From contig JAEUJA010000142.1 in NCBI GenBank assembly GCA_016793195.1, positions 780 through 64,779 on the forward strand: 64,000 nucleotides of DNA. The letters run 5' to 3'. Made by a program: the position numbers and the translations under genes. Shown one piece after another: positions 41,301 through 48,859 of this stretch (its first letter is position 1; every line of letters begins with the position of its first letter). The stretch comes from Phycisphaerae bacterium. Lineage in GTDB: Bacteria; Planctomycetota; Phycisphaerae; Phycisphaerales; UBA1924. The notes under the pieces are model-generated. The model made no database searches. It was not told the origin of the DNA and worked only from the letters and a program-made list of their open reading frames with translations.

Positions 41301-42054
41301 AGATGGTGGAATTGGTGATCGTGAGCGTGCCGGTGTTGTCGATGCCGCCGCCGCTGCTGTAGGAGATGTCCTGCGCCGAGTTGCCCGTAATGGACGAGTC
41401 GGTAATGGCGGCCGTTCCGCTGTTTCTCAGCCCGCCACCGGCGTACTGGGTGGTATTGCCCGAGATGTCGGAATTAGAGATGGAGAGCGTGCCGTTGTTC
41501 TGGACGCCGCCGGCGTTCTGGGCCCAGTTTCCGGAGATCGTGCAGTTGTTGATGGCGAGCGTGCCTTCGTTGAACACGCCGCCGCCGACGTCGAAGCTGT
41601 ATCCGTTCCTGATGGTGAGGCCGCTGATGGAGACAACAGCGCCCGGTGCGACGTGGAACACGCGGAGAGCGTTGCTGCCGCTGATCTGCAGTTCGCTCGC
41701 GCCCGGGCCGTCGATCGTCACCTCGCCAGTCACCGCGAGTTCGGACCCCGAAAGCGCGATGGTCCCGCGAGCGCCGACATCAAACGTGATCACATCCGCC
41801 CCGGGCAGGTTGTTGGCGTCCGCGATCGCCTCGCGCAGGGAGCCGGCGCCCACGTCATTCACATTCTGAACCGAGAATGTCGCCAGCAGCTGGCGGGGTT
41901 CCAGCGCTTCAACGCCCGACCACCCGCGGCCCTCCGCGCCCAAGGCCATCCCCGACCGATGCCAAAGCGCTTCGCCGACCGAGACAAGCCTCGGACGCGT
42001 CCACCAGCGAGCCGCCCGCAGAAACGTCTGAACACCGGAATCGGAACAAGGCAT
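35377..42054 (-). CDS. giant secreted/surface protein: four tandem CSLREA / parallel beta-helix (choice-of-anchor-Q-like) modules, two Ig-like domains and an unassigned C-terminal domain
   Basis: 2,225 aa from ATG 42054 (GGAGG 8 nt upstream). The N-terminus contains LEPRQLLA. Four modules each begin (G)SLREAI...ITF...ITL.GSEL.V.G.VTI.GPG...L.ISGNN. Each is filled with NSTISGN-type beta-helix turns and ends DQRG..(F/V)(A/V)RG..(V/I)DIGAYQ (the last ends DIGAFEF). Two VDFYRDANxNGVAD(S/A)GELVGSDSNPAGGYT Ig-like repeats follow. Confidence 0.85.
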   Translation of the reverse strand: MPCSDSGVQTFLRAARWWTRPRLVSVGEALWHRSGMALGAEGRGWSGVEALEPRQLLATFSVQNVNDVGAGSLREAIADANNLPGADVITFDVGARGTIALSGSELAVTGEVTIDGPGASELQISGSNALRVFHVAPGAVVSISGLTIRNGYSFDVGGGVFNEGTLAINNCTISGNWAQNAGGVQNNGTLSISNSDISGNTTQYAGGGLRNSGTAAITDSSITGNSAQDISYSSGGGIDNTGTLTITNSTISGNSSIENGGGINASGGSLTISGSTISGNSAWYGGGIFSSRSLAITNSTISGNTSQPGGQGGGLFTNTLQPVTIRNSTIAGNLGNGGIHITDGSPVMVSCIVAGNTGGDILGGPVGAGSTNNLIQDAAHAGGLTNNVNENLVGADPLLSPLANNGGPTKTMASQAGSPALGKGLNPNNLTTDQRGGLFARGSSVDIGAYQRQALALVVDTTSDVVDGNSSAGNLSLREAIDFCNANPLADGITFASAMIWTTITLGGSELLVFGELTIAGPAYNALSISGNNATRVFEIASSASVTISDLTIKDGNGPSLAGGVYVNPNATLTLAGVAVSGNTATYGSGGVQNDGTLTITNSIISGNSAQNSHGGGINNSGMLTITNSTISGNWAQADHGGGINNNGTLTITSSTISGNTAQGYYSGGGVNNFGTLTITGSAISGNSALYGAGVNNSGGTFTITSTTINSNSAAGGSGAGVHNYYGNATGAITNCVISNNTATSGAGVANSSSSLIISGSTISGNAAAAEGGGIYNDASLTITNTSISGNTAITSGGGVYNPSGTLSVSNSTISGNSASTQGGGIGIASGSLDIINSTISGNTAGNQGGGVFVSNASAIIRNSTIAANLGAGGIHVDQAFPLLISCLISGNTGGDIDNGTLALGSINNLVQDAAHAGGLSNNVDGNLVGVDPLLGALADNGGKTKTIALQGGSPALAKGLNPANLTTDQRGGPFVRGTSIDIGAYQRQSFAFVVDTAVDESDGDYGAGDLSLREAIEAAGPNPGNDTITFARALNGQTITLGGTELLIKGDVTITGPGASLLSISGNNTSRVVNIAEGATVAISGLTIIAGKDGVYGGAGIFNSGTLTITNAVVSGNNSLHRNGAGLYNSGVLSITASTISGNTSSSAGAGIFSEGTLTIANCTISDNYSELGGGGVFNTFGTLTVTNSTISENTTKYTGGAGVHNAFGTLTVTNSTISGNTGSDAVLAYGASTIAIRNTTIAANLGTGGLYITNGAAPVLVSCIVAGNAGGDIRNGSLGAGSTNNLIQDASHAGGLTNNVNGNLVGVDPKLSPLADNGGATKTMALASGSPALAKGLNPANLTTDQRGGLFARGASVDIGAYQRQSFAFVVNTAVDESDGNFGAGDLSLREAIEAAGPNPGNDTITFAAALNGQTITLGGTELLVKGDVTITGPGASLLSISGNNASSVFEIASGANVSIIALTIKNGNAAGIGGGGFYNHGGTLSISNSIISGSTGYSGGGVLSTGTLTITGSTISGNAATYGGGVNTSGTTTISDSVIEENSSLGGGGVSSGGTLTISNSTISGNEGEWGGGVRNTFGTLTISNSTISGNSAPTSGGGVYSYGGLTTIRNSTIAANLGSGGIFVESGAPVLISCIVAGNVGGDILGKAVGASSTNNLVQDATHAGGLTNNVNANMVGVDPLLSSLSDNGGPTKTISLWTGSPAINKGLNPANLSGDQRGLPRVRGTAIDIGAFEFSAIPTLASLSVSANSVVRGQSVTLTASGAADLDGAISRVDFYRDANNNGVADSGELVGSDSNPAGGYTFSLNTSSLPLGSQTFLARAVDNDAGVSTPKSAAATMTNAVPTVASLTTPGAVFVVGQTLVLTAGGVADVDGTIARVDFYRDANANGVADAGELVGSDSNPAGGYTYTLTSTQSGVVPIGSVKFLAIAVDNNGAASAPRQGSATAQSPADHFIEVYTAAPKAADGLVDGDWIADNLKSTVSNVATSDAYWGARNHWFQVANGDVWVLWQGGDVHLSKTLAGQHEWVLTNLTDAAGLSGNMRFAPGSLSGITTGWNAFNVQGIQDGKLMALWWSPEGSAGQYFDTDGSIKQGKAWGLRGNGWSLSSISDAIMPINGAVATPPASFRAYTVSQGNSRTSFDPRADWFTANSGMSVVLVDTTDHVYLASFNVWQDTFVDGARNDLNYKWVIERLADVPSFKRFGIESQEPAFEQEFIAAANQ
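36205..36835 (-). repeat. two tandem ~315-nt repeats encoding Ig-like domains
   Basis: The peptides ...VTLTASGAADLDGAISRVDFYRDANNNGVADSGELVGSDSNPAGGYTFSL... and ...LVLTAGGVADVDGTIARVDFYRDANANGVADAGELVGSDSNPAGGYTYTL... are offset by about 311 nt. Boundaries are approximate. Confidence 0.7.
36838..41880 (-). repeat. four tandem intragenic modules (about 1.1-1.6 kb each) inside the giant beta-helix gene
   Basis: LREAI-encoding sites on the plus strand lie near 41823-41840, 40611-40634, 39001-39024 and 37871-37895. DIGAY(Q)/DIGAFE sites lie near 40703, 39094, 37958 and 36838. Modules 3 and 4 are visibly about 85% identical at nucleotide level around their junctions (by eye). Boundaries are approximate. 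Confidence 0.7.
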
Positions 42055-42496
42055 GACATCAACCTCCGCGTGTGCGCTAAAGCCACGGGCGCTACGAAAT
42101 TCAAGAGCTGACCGGACCGCCCCGACCATTGTAATGCGCGCGCGACGAGAGCGATACGGGCTAGCCCTGAACAAATGACGTATACACACGTCCGAAAACG
42201 CAGGCCGATTCATTCGAGCCTTGCCCAACTACCGCGGCGCGAGGAGGACGGCCGTCATGCCACGCGGCCCCGTGTGTCAACGTCGGCCCGGCGCTGAGAG
42301 GCGGGATTCTTGCGGGCAATTCTGAAGCTCGACATCCGACTCTTCGGACTTGCTCGCGGCCCCGGGCGCCGGGAAATGCCGCGGGCCTCGAAGCGGTGAC
42401 CGGAACCGGATGGACCAAGACGCTGGTGGCGCCAGCAAAAAAAACAGGCCGAAGATCGGCCTGGGCTCACGGTTTGCTCTGGAATGTCCGGCGCAT

Positions 42497-43126
42497 TCAC
42501 CCGCGCTTGCGACGAGCCGCGAAACACATCGCCATCGCACCCATCACCAACGCGCCCGGCGCGGGGAGCGGAGCGTATTCACCGGGATTGCCGATGTCGG
42601 CGTCGTCCGAGGCATACGAGCCGTACGCGTCGCCGTTGGAAGCGATTGTCCAGCCGAAGATGTCGTTGGCGCCGAGGTTGGCCAGCGGCGTGCTGCCGGA
42701 CTTGTTCTGGGTGCGGATCGTGCCCGAGAAGGTCTGATCGCCATAGGACAGGCGATCAACGAGAGAATCCGAGCCGTCAAAGATGTTGATCTCGTCGTTG
42801 CGGCTCAGGTTGGCGATGTTGAGTGCGACGATCTTGACCCACGGCCCAAGGCTCCAGTTGGTGCGGAACTCATGGGCGGTGATCTCCGTGATGATCGCGG
42901 ACTCGCCGGCCTTCAGCGAGCCCAGACCCGAGAGGTCGATCGTGTCGGGGGTTCGGCTGTCGTCGTCAAAGCTCCAGCCAGCCATGGAGACGTCGGAACC
43001 GCCGATGTTGGTGATCTCGATGTACTCGCCGCTGTTGCCGCTGTACATCCACTCGGTGATGCGCACCTGCGCGGCCGCGACGCCCGTCAGCGCCAAGAGC
43101 GCCGACACCACAACGAACTTCTTCAT
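42497..43126 (-). CDS. lamin-tail-domain (LTD) protein with PEP-CTERM sorting signal
   Basis: 209 aa from ATG 43126 (GGAGGG 8 nt upstream). Signal peptide MKKFVVVSALLALTGVAAAQ. The LTD signature starts at the mature N-terminus (VRITEWMYSGNSGEYIEITNIGGSDVSMAGWSF). The C-terminus PAPGALVMGAMAMCFAARRKRG is a P-x-P motif plus helix plus basic tail, the PEP-CTERM pattern. Confidence 0.8.
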   Translation of the reverse strand: MKKFVVVSALLALTGVAAAQVRITEWMYSGNSGEYIEITNIGGSDVSMAGWSFDDDSRTPDTIDLSGLGSLKAGESAIITEITAHEFRTNWSLGPWVKIVALNIANLSRNDEINIFDGSDSLVDRLSYGDQTFSGTIRTQNKSGSTPLANLGANDIFGWTIASNGDAYGSYASDDADIGNPGEYAPLPAPGALVMGAMAMCFAARRKRG

Positions 43127-43405
43127 TTCAGTCACCCTCCTGCGCACGCGGATGGCTGGCGATCACACCGAAGAGTGCGGAAACTCTCCTCGGCGAGCCG
43201 AGACACACGCTGCGGATGCCCGACCCTCCGCGTGCGAGGCGGAACATAGCGGGCGTGGCGTCGCGCGAGCGCTCAGACAACGTCAAGGTCTTGTCAAGGG
43301 CGCTGCATGTGCGCGCCAGCCGACGCGGCGGACCGAAAGCTTTGTCATCCCTTAGCGCACGGCTAACGGCAGCGCGCCGGGAGATTGTTAAGGTTCGTCC
43401 TCATC

Positions 43406-44374
43406 ATGGACGAGCTTCAACCCACCGCTTGCGCACGGCGCGCGTTCACGCTTATCGAACTGCTGGTCGTCATCGCGATCGTCGCGCTGCTCATCAGCAT
43501 CATGCTCCCAAGCCTCGGGGCGGCCCGCGAGGCCGCGCGCCAGGCCAAGTGCGCCAGCAACCTGCGCCAGTTCGCCACCTCTTCGCTGACGTACTCCAAC
43601 GACAACCGGACCTACTACTGCTCCGGTCCGTTCGACAATCGCTCCCGCAGCTCCTATGGCCCGATCGACAAGGCCGGCTGGATCACCGACATGATCCGCG
43701 CAAACGCCGGCAAGCCCGGGGACATGCTCTGCCAGTCCTCGGTCGGTCGCGCCAATCAGAACCTCGCCTATTCCCGCGTCAATGATGCCACCGCGTTCCG
43801 CACGTTCACGCAGCCCGAGCTGGATGAACTGTTCCGCAACGGCTACAACTCGAACTACACGCAGTCGTGGTACATGGCCTACACCGAGATGCGGAACAAC
43901 CGCGACACGGGGCTGGACCCCAAGCGAGTGACGGGAGTGATCGGCCCGCTGAGCGACAAGTACCTTTCCATGGTCGCGCCGTCCAAGGTACCTTTCTTCG
44001 CCGATGCTCGCTCCGACGCCACCGACACCGTCAACATCAACGGACACACCAACCTGCGGGCCGTCAAGAGCGTCACCGACGGTCCGGTCATCCTGAGCAA
44101 CACGTTCGGGCGGCAAGATTACTCCGATTTCGGACCTTCGCACGGCAAGTCGAGCTTCATCGCCTTCGGCGACAAACGCCACGATAAGATTCACGGCAAC
44201 TTCGCGTTCGCCGACGGTCACGTTGCTTCCATGAGCGACACCAACCGCGACGGCGAGTTCGGCTGGGGCGCCGAGGACCCCGAGGCCGGGCAGTCGCCGT
44301 ACCCCGACATCGAGGGAAAGGTCTTCGGCGGGCACCTCTCGTCGGGCGCGTTTTGGACGCAGACCAAGGAGTGA
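43406..44374 (+). CDS. DUF1559-type protein with prepilin-like N-terminal cleavage/methylation domain
   Basis: 322 aa. The N-terminus ...[45 protein letters not shown] is the type IV pilin-like methylation motif typical of the expanded planctomycetal DUF1559 family. C-terminal H-x(9-10)-DG-like motif ([15 protein letters not shown]). Confidence 0.85.
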   Translation: MDELQPTACARRAFTLIELLVVIAIVALLISIMLPSLGAAREAARQAKCASNLRQFATSSLTYSNDNRTYYCSGPFDNRSRSSYGPIDKAGWITDMIRANAGKPGDMLCQSSVGRANQNLAYSRVNDATAFRTFTQPELDELFRNGYNSNYTQSWYMAYTEMRNNRDTGLDPKRVTGVIGPLSDKYLSMVAPSKVPFFADARSDATDTVNINGHTNLRAVKSVTDGPVILSNTFGRQDYSDFGPSHGKSSFIAFGDKRHDKIHGNFAFADGHVASMSDTNRDGEFGWGAEDPEAGQSPYPDIEGKVFGGHLSSGAFWTQTKE

Positions 44375-44443
44375 CTTCGTTCGGCGCGCCCGGAGACCGC
44401 GCCGGCGATTCATCGGTTCATCATCACACCAAGGAGAGAGTTC

Positions 44444-46000
44444 ATGCACATCCGTTCCGCCGCCCTGCTCGCCATGCTCGCGGGCACCGCCGCCTGTTCG
44501 GCCCAGGTCGTCCTCAACGAAGTGTTCCCGAACCCGCAGGGCTCCAGCTCGTTCGACAACAAGTGGGAATACATCGAGCTCTACGGAACACCGGGCATGA
44601 AGCTCGACGGCTACGCCATCGCCTGCGTCTTCGGCGGCGCCGACCCGGACGGCGACAACATCCCCGGCCCGCTCCCCGGCGGCTGGGACCCGGGCGATGA
44701 ACTCGCGGAGATCGACGAGGCCTGGTCACTCGATGGCCTCTCGCTCGGTACCAACGGCTTCCTCGTCCTCTACAACAACGCATCGAACAACAGCGGCATC
44801 CTCCCGCTGCTCCCGCCCCAGACCTCGCGCGCGACCTTCGCGCAGGCCCACATCCCCAGCACCGACACCGCGGGACGAATCAAGAACGACGGGTCGCAGA
44901 CCTATGTGCTGCTGCGCCGCCGACCCGACCACTCGCTCAACGGGAACGGCCAAAGCGTCTACGGCCCCGACTATGCATGGCGCAAGGAGCCCAACCCCGA
45001 CGTGAACTACGACAGCCGAATCGACTTCGGCGGCACGCTCCCGCTCGGTGGCGAGTCGCCCGTCGACGGCGAGGACCAGAACGGCGATCAGACCATTCTC
45101 GTTCCCGCCCCGTCAATCCTCGAACCGTATCAGATGGTCGACGATCTGGCGTGCTCCAATTCCGGCGGCAAGGAATACACCCGCTCGCGCGAACAGGAGA
45201 TTTCCGACACGCCCGGCTTCAACCCGGACGCGTTCTGCCGAATCTACTTCTTCGGGTCGAACCCCGAACGCGGCCACCGGTTGAACACCCAGAGCGTCAT
45301 GGAGTTCACCAGCATGTCCGACGAGGAGTTCATCTACGGCGAGCAGCCCGTGACCACCAACACGCTCAATTTCGACCCTGCGCTCACCAAGGGACCCACC
45401 GATCCCAACGGCCAGCGCTACAACGCCCTGGGCCAACCCGACGCCAACGGCCAGTACCTCCTCGACGACATCAATATCACCGGATTCAAGCTCACGCCCG
45501 GCACGTTTAATGATGTGGACTCGACGGGTCAGGGCGGCATCAACATCGCACAATTCCGCTTTGTCTCCAAGGACTACAACTTTGACGGTGTCTTCAGCTA
45601 CGCCGACTACGCGATGATCCAGGATTGCCTCGGCACCACCCTCGACGACAACGCAACGCTGATCAACGACAAGAACACCGTCGACACCGGCGATGACGTG
45701 GCGTACAGCGGCTGGAAGTGGCAGGGCCGCGAGCTGCAGTCGATCCTCGCCATGATGAACGCCGACCCCGCCGACGGCGCGAACGGGACAAACGCGACGT
45801 TCGTCACCGCCAGCGATGTCGCCGCGTCGTTCCGCTGCGCGTCGGACGTCAATAACGACGGCTTCGTCAACGGCGACGACTACGACCTCTTCGCGTCGTA
45901 CTTCGACGCGGCCGATCCCGCGGGCGACTTCAACAACGACGGCTTTGTGAACGGCGATGACTACGACACCTTCGCCAGCGCGTTCGACGCCGGATGCTGA
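44444..46000 (+). CDS. LTD-domain protein with C-terminal tandem dockerin-like (EF-hand-like) repeats ending in GC
   Basis: 518 aa. AAGGAGAG lies upstream of the ATG. Signal peptide MHIRSAALLAMLAGTAACSAQ. LTD signature VVLNEVFPNPQGSSSFDNKWEYIELYGTPGMKLDGYAI. The C-terminus is CASDVNNDGFVNGDDYDLFASYFDAADPAGDFNNDGFVNGDDYDTFASAFDAGC. From memory this resembles what NCBI labels a GC-type dockerin anchor. Confidence 0.8.
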   Translation: MHIRSAALLAMLAGTAACSAQVVLNEVFPNPQGSSSFDNKWEYIELYGTPGMKLDGYAIACVFGGADPDGDNIPGPLPGGWDPGDELAEIDEAWSLDGLSLGTNGFLVLYNNASNNSGILPLLPPQTSRATFAQAHIPSTDTAGRIKNDGSQTYVLLRRRPDHSLNGNGQSVYGPDYAWRKEPNPDVNYDSRIDFGGTLPLGGESPVDGEDQNGDQTILVPAPSILEPYQMVDDLACSNSGGKEYTRSREQEISDTPGFNPDAFCRIYFFGSNPERGHRLNTQSVMEFTSMSDEEFIYGEQPVTTNTLNFDPALTKGPTDPNGQRYNALGQPDANGQYLLDDINITGFKLTPGTFNDVDSTGQGGINIAQFRFVSKDYNFDGVFSYADYAMIQDCLGTTLDDNATLINDKNTVDTGDDVAYSGWKWQGRELQSILAMMNADPADGANGTNATFVTASDVAASFRCASDVNNDGFVNGDDYDLFASYFDAADPAGDFNNDGFVNGDDYDTFASAFDAGC

Positions 46001-46074
46001 TCACAATCACTTCACTCTCGGCGCGGCCGACGCCCCGCCGAGAGCTTCGCTGGTGAACGCGAGCGGAACGGCGA

Positions 46075-47367
46075 ATGGCGATCGTGCCCCACGATTGGAG
46101 TCGAGCCATCGGCAATCACGCCCGGACATCTCTCGAACGCAACGCGGGTGCGGGGTGGCACCTCTCCTTGGTCGCCGGTGTTAGCCTTCAGGCTACGGCG
46201 CTCTGGGCACAGTCCTCGCCCTTGGGCGTGCAGCTCATCGCCAAGGGCTCCTTTGACGCGCGAGCTGAAGACCTCTCGGGCCTCGCCGAACCCATGGCGG
46301 ACATGACGCAGTCGCGCCTCGGCGGCCTCGGTTCGGCCATTGATTACACCGGGCGCGGCGACACCTTCGTCATGCTCCCCGATCGCGGACCGGGTGACGG
46401 CGGATCGGCGTACAAGTGTCGGGTTCAGGTCGTCGAGATTCCGATCCCGTGCTCCATCGCGCCCGGCGCTCCGACAATTCACGTCGAGCCTCGCCTGATC
46501 GCGACGCATCTTCTCACCGGCGAGGACGGGAGTAATCTCGTCGGCAACAGCGGCGCTTACTCCATCGCAACTCCTCAGGCCACGCGCAGGTATGACCCCG
46601 AAGGACTGCGCGTCCTCACCGACGGCACGCTGCTCATCTCGGAGGAATACGGGCCGCGCGTGGACCGCTTCAACGCGAGCGGCAAGCGCATCGCGGCGCT
46701 GACGATCCCTGCGCTCTTTGTCGTCGCCACACCCGACGGCAGTCCAGAGAACGAGCTCCCGCCCCGGAACGCCACGGGCCGCCAACCAAACCGTGGGTTC
46801 GAGGGACTGGCCGTGTCCCCCGATGGCACGCACGCCCTTGCCGTGCCGCAGAGCCCGCTCATCCAAGATCATGCCCTCGATGAGGGTGGCGAACGGGCCG
46901 GGAGAAACATACGCCTGCTCGAGCTGCCGCTGGCGGAGGACCGCAGGGGTCGGCAGCTTGTCTATCACCTCGAGAGCGCCAACTACGGTCTGAGCGAGGC
47001 GCTTTTCCTCGCCGACGGCGCACTGCTCGTGATCGAGCGCGACGGCAAGAAGGGCGCGGAGTCTCGCTTCAAGCGAATCCATCGCGTTGATCTCACGAAC
47101 GCGACGGACGTAGCGTCGGTCGATTCTCTACCCGAAAACAAGCTGCCTACGGAGATCCACGCCGTGGACAAATCGCTTCTGATCGACCTTCTTGATCCAG
47201 AATTTCGGCTTGCGGGGGACGAGTTCCCCGAGAAAATTGAGGGACTTGCGCTCGGACCCGTGCTCGCCGACGGTCGTGCGACGCTCATCGTCACCGTCGA
47301 CAATGACTTCAAGAGCACACAGCCCAGCGACTTCTGGGTGTTTGCGCTTCCGCCGGGGGGGCGCTAG
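46075..47367 (+). CDS. esterase-like activity of phytase family protein (beta-propeller)
   Basis: 430 aa. Segments DPEGLRVLTDGTLLISEEYGPRVDRFNASGKR and NRGFEGLAVSPDG, and a terminal ...TLIVTVDNDF, are typical of the phytase-like esterase family. N-terminal hydrophobic stretch LSLVAGVSLQATALWAQ. The start codon is uncertain. Confidence 0.7.
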   Translation: MAIVPHDWSRAIGNHARTSLERNAGAGWHLSLVAGVSLQATALWAQSSPLGVQLIAKGSFDARAEDLSGLAEPMADMTQSRLGGLGSAIDYTGRGDTFVMLPDRGPGDGGSAYKCRVQVVEIPIPCSIAPGAPTIHVEPRLIATHLLTGEDGSNLVGNSGAYSIATPQATRRYDPEGLRVLTDGTLLISEEYGPRVDRFNASGKRIAALTIPALFVVATPDGSPENELPPRNATGRQPNRGFEGLAVSPDGTHALAVPQSPLIQDHALDEGGERAGRNIRLLELPLAEDRRGRQLVYHLESANYGLSEALFLADGALLVIERDGKKGAESRFKRIHRVDLTNATDVASVDSLPENKLPTEIHAVDKSLLIDLLDPEFRLAGDEFPEKIEGLALGPVLADGRATLIVTVDNDFKSTQPSDFWVFALPPGGR

Positions 47368-47950
47368 GCAGAAATCGCAGGGTAATCCCCCGCATCGAGG
47401 TCCCAGCCGAGGTCCGGTCAGGCACAACGCGAAAACGAACACGCCAGCCGCCTCTACCTGAAAATCCGCGAGTTGGACGACGGGCAACCGCTCGAAGGCG
47501 GGTCTCAGGTGACAACGCAACCCAGCCCGGGTTCCTCCGCTCCGTCCGAGCACGCCTCAAACGCACGCCCCGCTTGGCGCGCTGATCCGTACTACGTCAC
47601 GGCCAAGTACGGCGAGGCCAGAGGCACGCCGGCGAGACACACATGTCGCTGGATTGACATGTCGCGGCCAGCGCCGCCGGCCAATAGCTGCTCACAACCG
47701 GCAACGGCCGCAACGCCGGCGGCGCGACATGCAAAGTTTCTTGGGCCTCATGTGGGTCCCGGGTCCCTTCGATCGGCGAAGCAGTTCCGCACCGCCACGA
47801 AGAGAAGCCACCGCGGGCAGGGATCGGCAGCCGCGCCGTGACTGTCTCCAAACACGGTGAATGCTGCCCTCTGCGCGCGCGGGTCGATTCGAGCCAAAGA
47901 CAGCAAAGAACGGGCAGCGCAAGCCAGCGCCGGCGACAAGATTCTCAAAG

Positions 47951-48037
47951 CGGAGAGGGGGGGATTCGAACCCCCGATACGGTTACCCGTATACAGCATT
48001 TCCAGTGCTGCTCCTTCAGCCTCTCGGACACCTCTCC
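47951..48037 (-). tRNA. tRNA-Ser (anticodon GGA)
   Basis: Minus-strand sequence GGAGAGGTGTCCGAGAGGCTGAAGGAGCAGCACTGGAAATGCTGTATACGGGTAACCGTATCGGGGGTTCGAATCCCCCCCTCTCCG. It has a 7-bp acceptor stem, anticodon stem CAGCA/TGCTG with loop CTGGAAA, a long variable arm and a T-loop GGTTCGAATCC. CCA is not encoded. Confidence 0.9.
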
Positions 48038-48054
48038 GGGGAAGGACCGACAGT

Positions 48055-48819
48055 TTAGCCCACCGGCGTGCGTCGGGTCGACCCCGTACCGCCTCGAGCG
48101 ATCGCATCGACCAGGCGCACGCCCAGCGAGCGTTCGGCCACCCACCGCCCCGAAAGATGCCCGAGCAACGCCCCGGCAATCACGTCCGTCGCATAATGCG
48201 CACCGAGCATCACACGCGCCACACAGACCACGCCCACCAGCAGCCAGCAAAGCGGGCGGAGTCTCGGATACACGAGAGCCAAGAACGTGGCTGTGGCCGC
48301 CGCCGACACCGCGTGACGCGACGGCATCGACCCCAGCGCGTAGCCGACACCCGGGGCGAGCTCCCACGCAAACCGAAGCACCGGACCCGCGTCGGTCGGC
48401 ACGGGATACTGCCCGAATGGTCCGAGGAAATGGCCCGGGTCTTCGAGATTCGGCCTGGGCCGGCCCACCAGCACCTTGACGAGATTCGCCGCCAGATTCG
48501 CCACGCCCGCCGAGAGCGCCAGGTCCCACAGCCTCGCCCGGCGTTTCTCGTCGAGCAGCCAGATCGCGACGGCGACCAAGATGATCGACACCAGCTGCCC
48601 GAACTGCTGCTGGGCCTCGAACTCGCGCCTGATGTCGCCGCCGAGTTTGATCGATCGGGCCCATGTGGAGATCGGGCCGTCGAGCGGGAACAGCGCAAAC
48701 GCCAGCGCCGCGGCCACGAGCACGGGCACCGCCCACCAACGGCGCGACGGATCAAGCACCCACCGTCCCGGCGGGGTTCGGAGAATGTTGCCCAGCGCAC
48801 CCAGGCCCATGTGGACCAT
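48055..48819 (-). CDS. PAP2-superfamily phosphatase (membrane)
   Basis: 254 aa from ATG 48819. PAP2 motifs KVLVGRPRP, SMPSRH and ARVMLGAHYATDV, with multiple TM helices. The upstream in-frame run to 49176 is not used. Confidence 0.8.
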   Translation of the reverse strand: MVHMGLGALGNILRTPPGRWVLDPSRRWWAVPVLVAAALAFALFPLDGPISTWARSIKLGGDIRREFEAQQQFGQLVSIILVAVAIWLLDEKRRARLWDLALSAGVANLAANLVKVLVGRPRPNLEDPGHFLGPFGQYPVPTDAGPVLRFAWELAPGVGYALGSMPSRHAVSAAATATFLALVYPRLRPLCWLLVGVVCVARVMLGAHYATDVIAGALLGHLSGRWVAERSLGVRLVDAIARGGTGSTRRTPVG

Positions 48820-48859
48820 CCGCACCGGCGCGGCGAGCGTGCGGTTATAGTCGCGGGCG

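Noticed and set aside
35377-47950. The surface-protein block next to tRNA-Ser as a horizontally acquired genomic island.
   Set aside because: There is no integrase, transposase, plasmid or phage gene, no clear att-like direct repeat, and no obvious compositional shift visible by eye.
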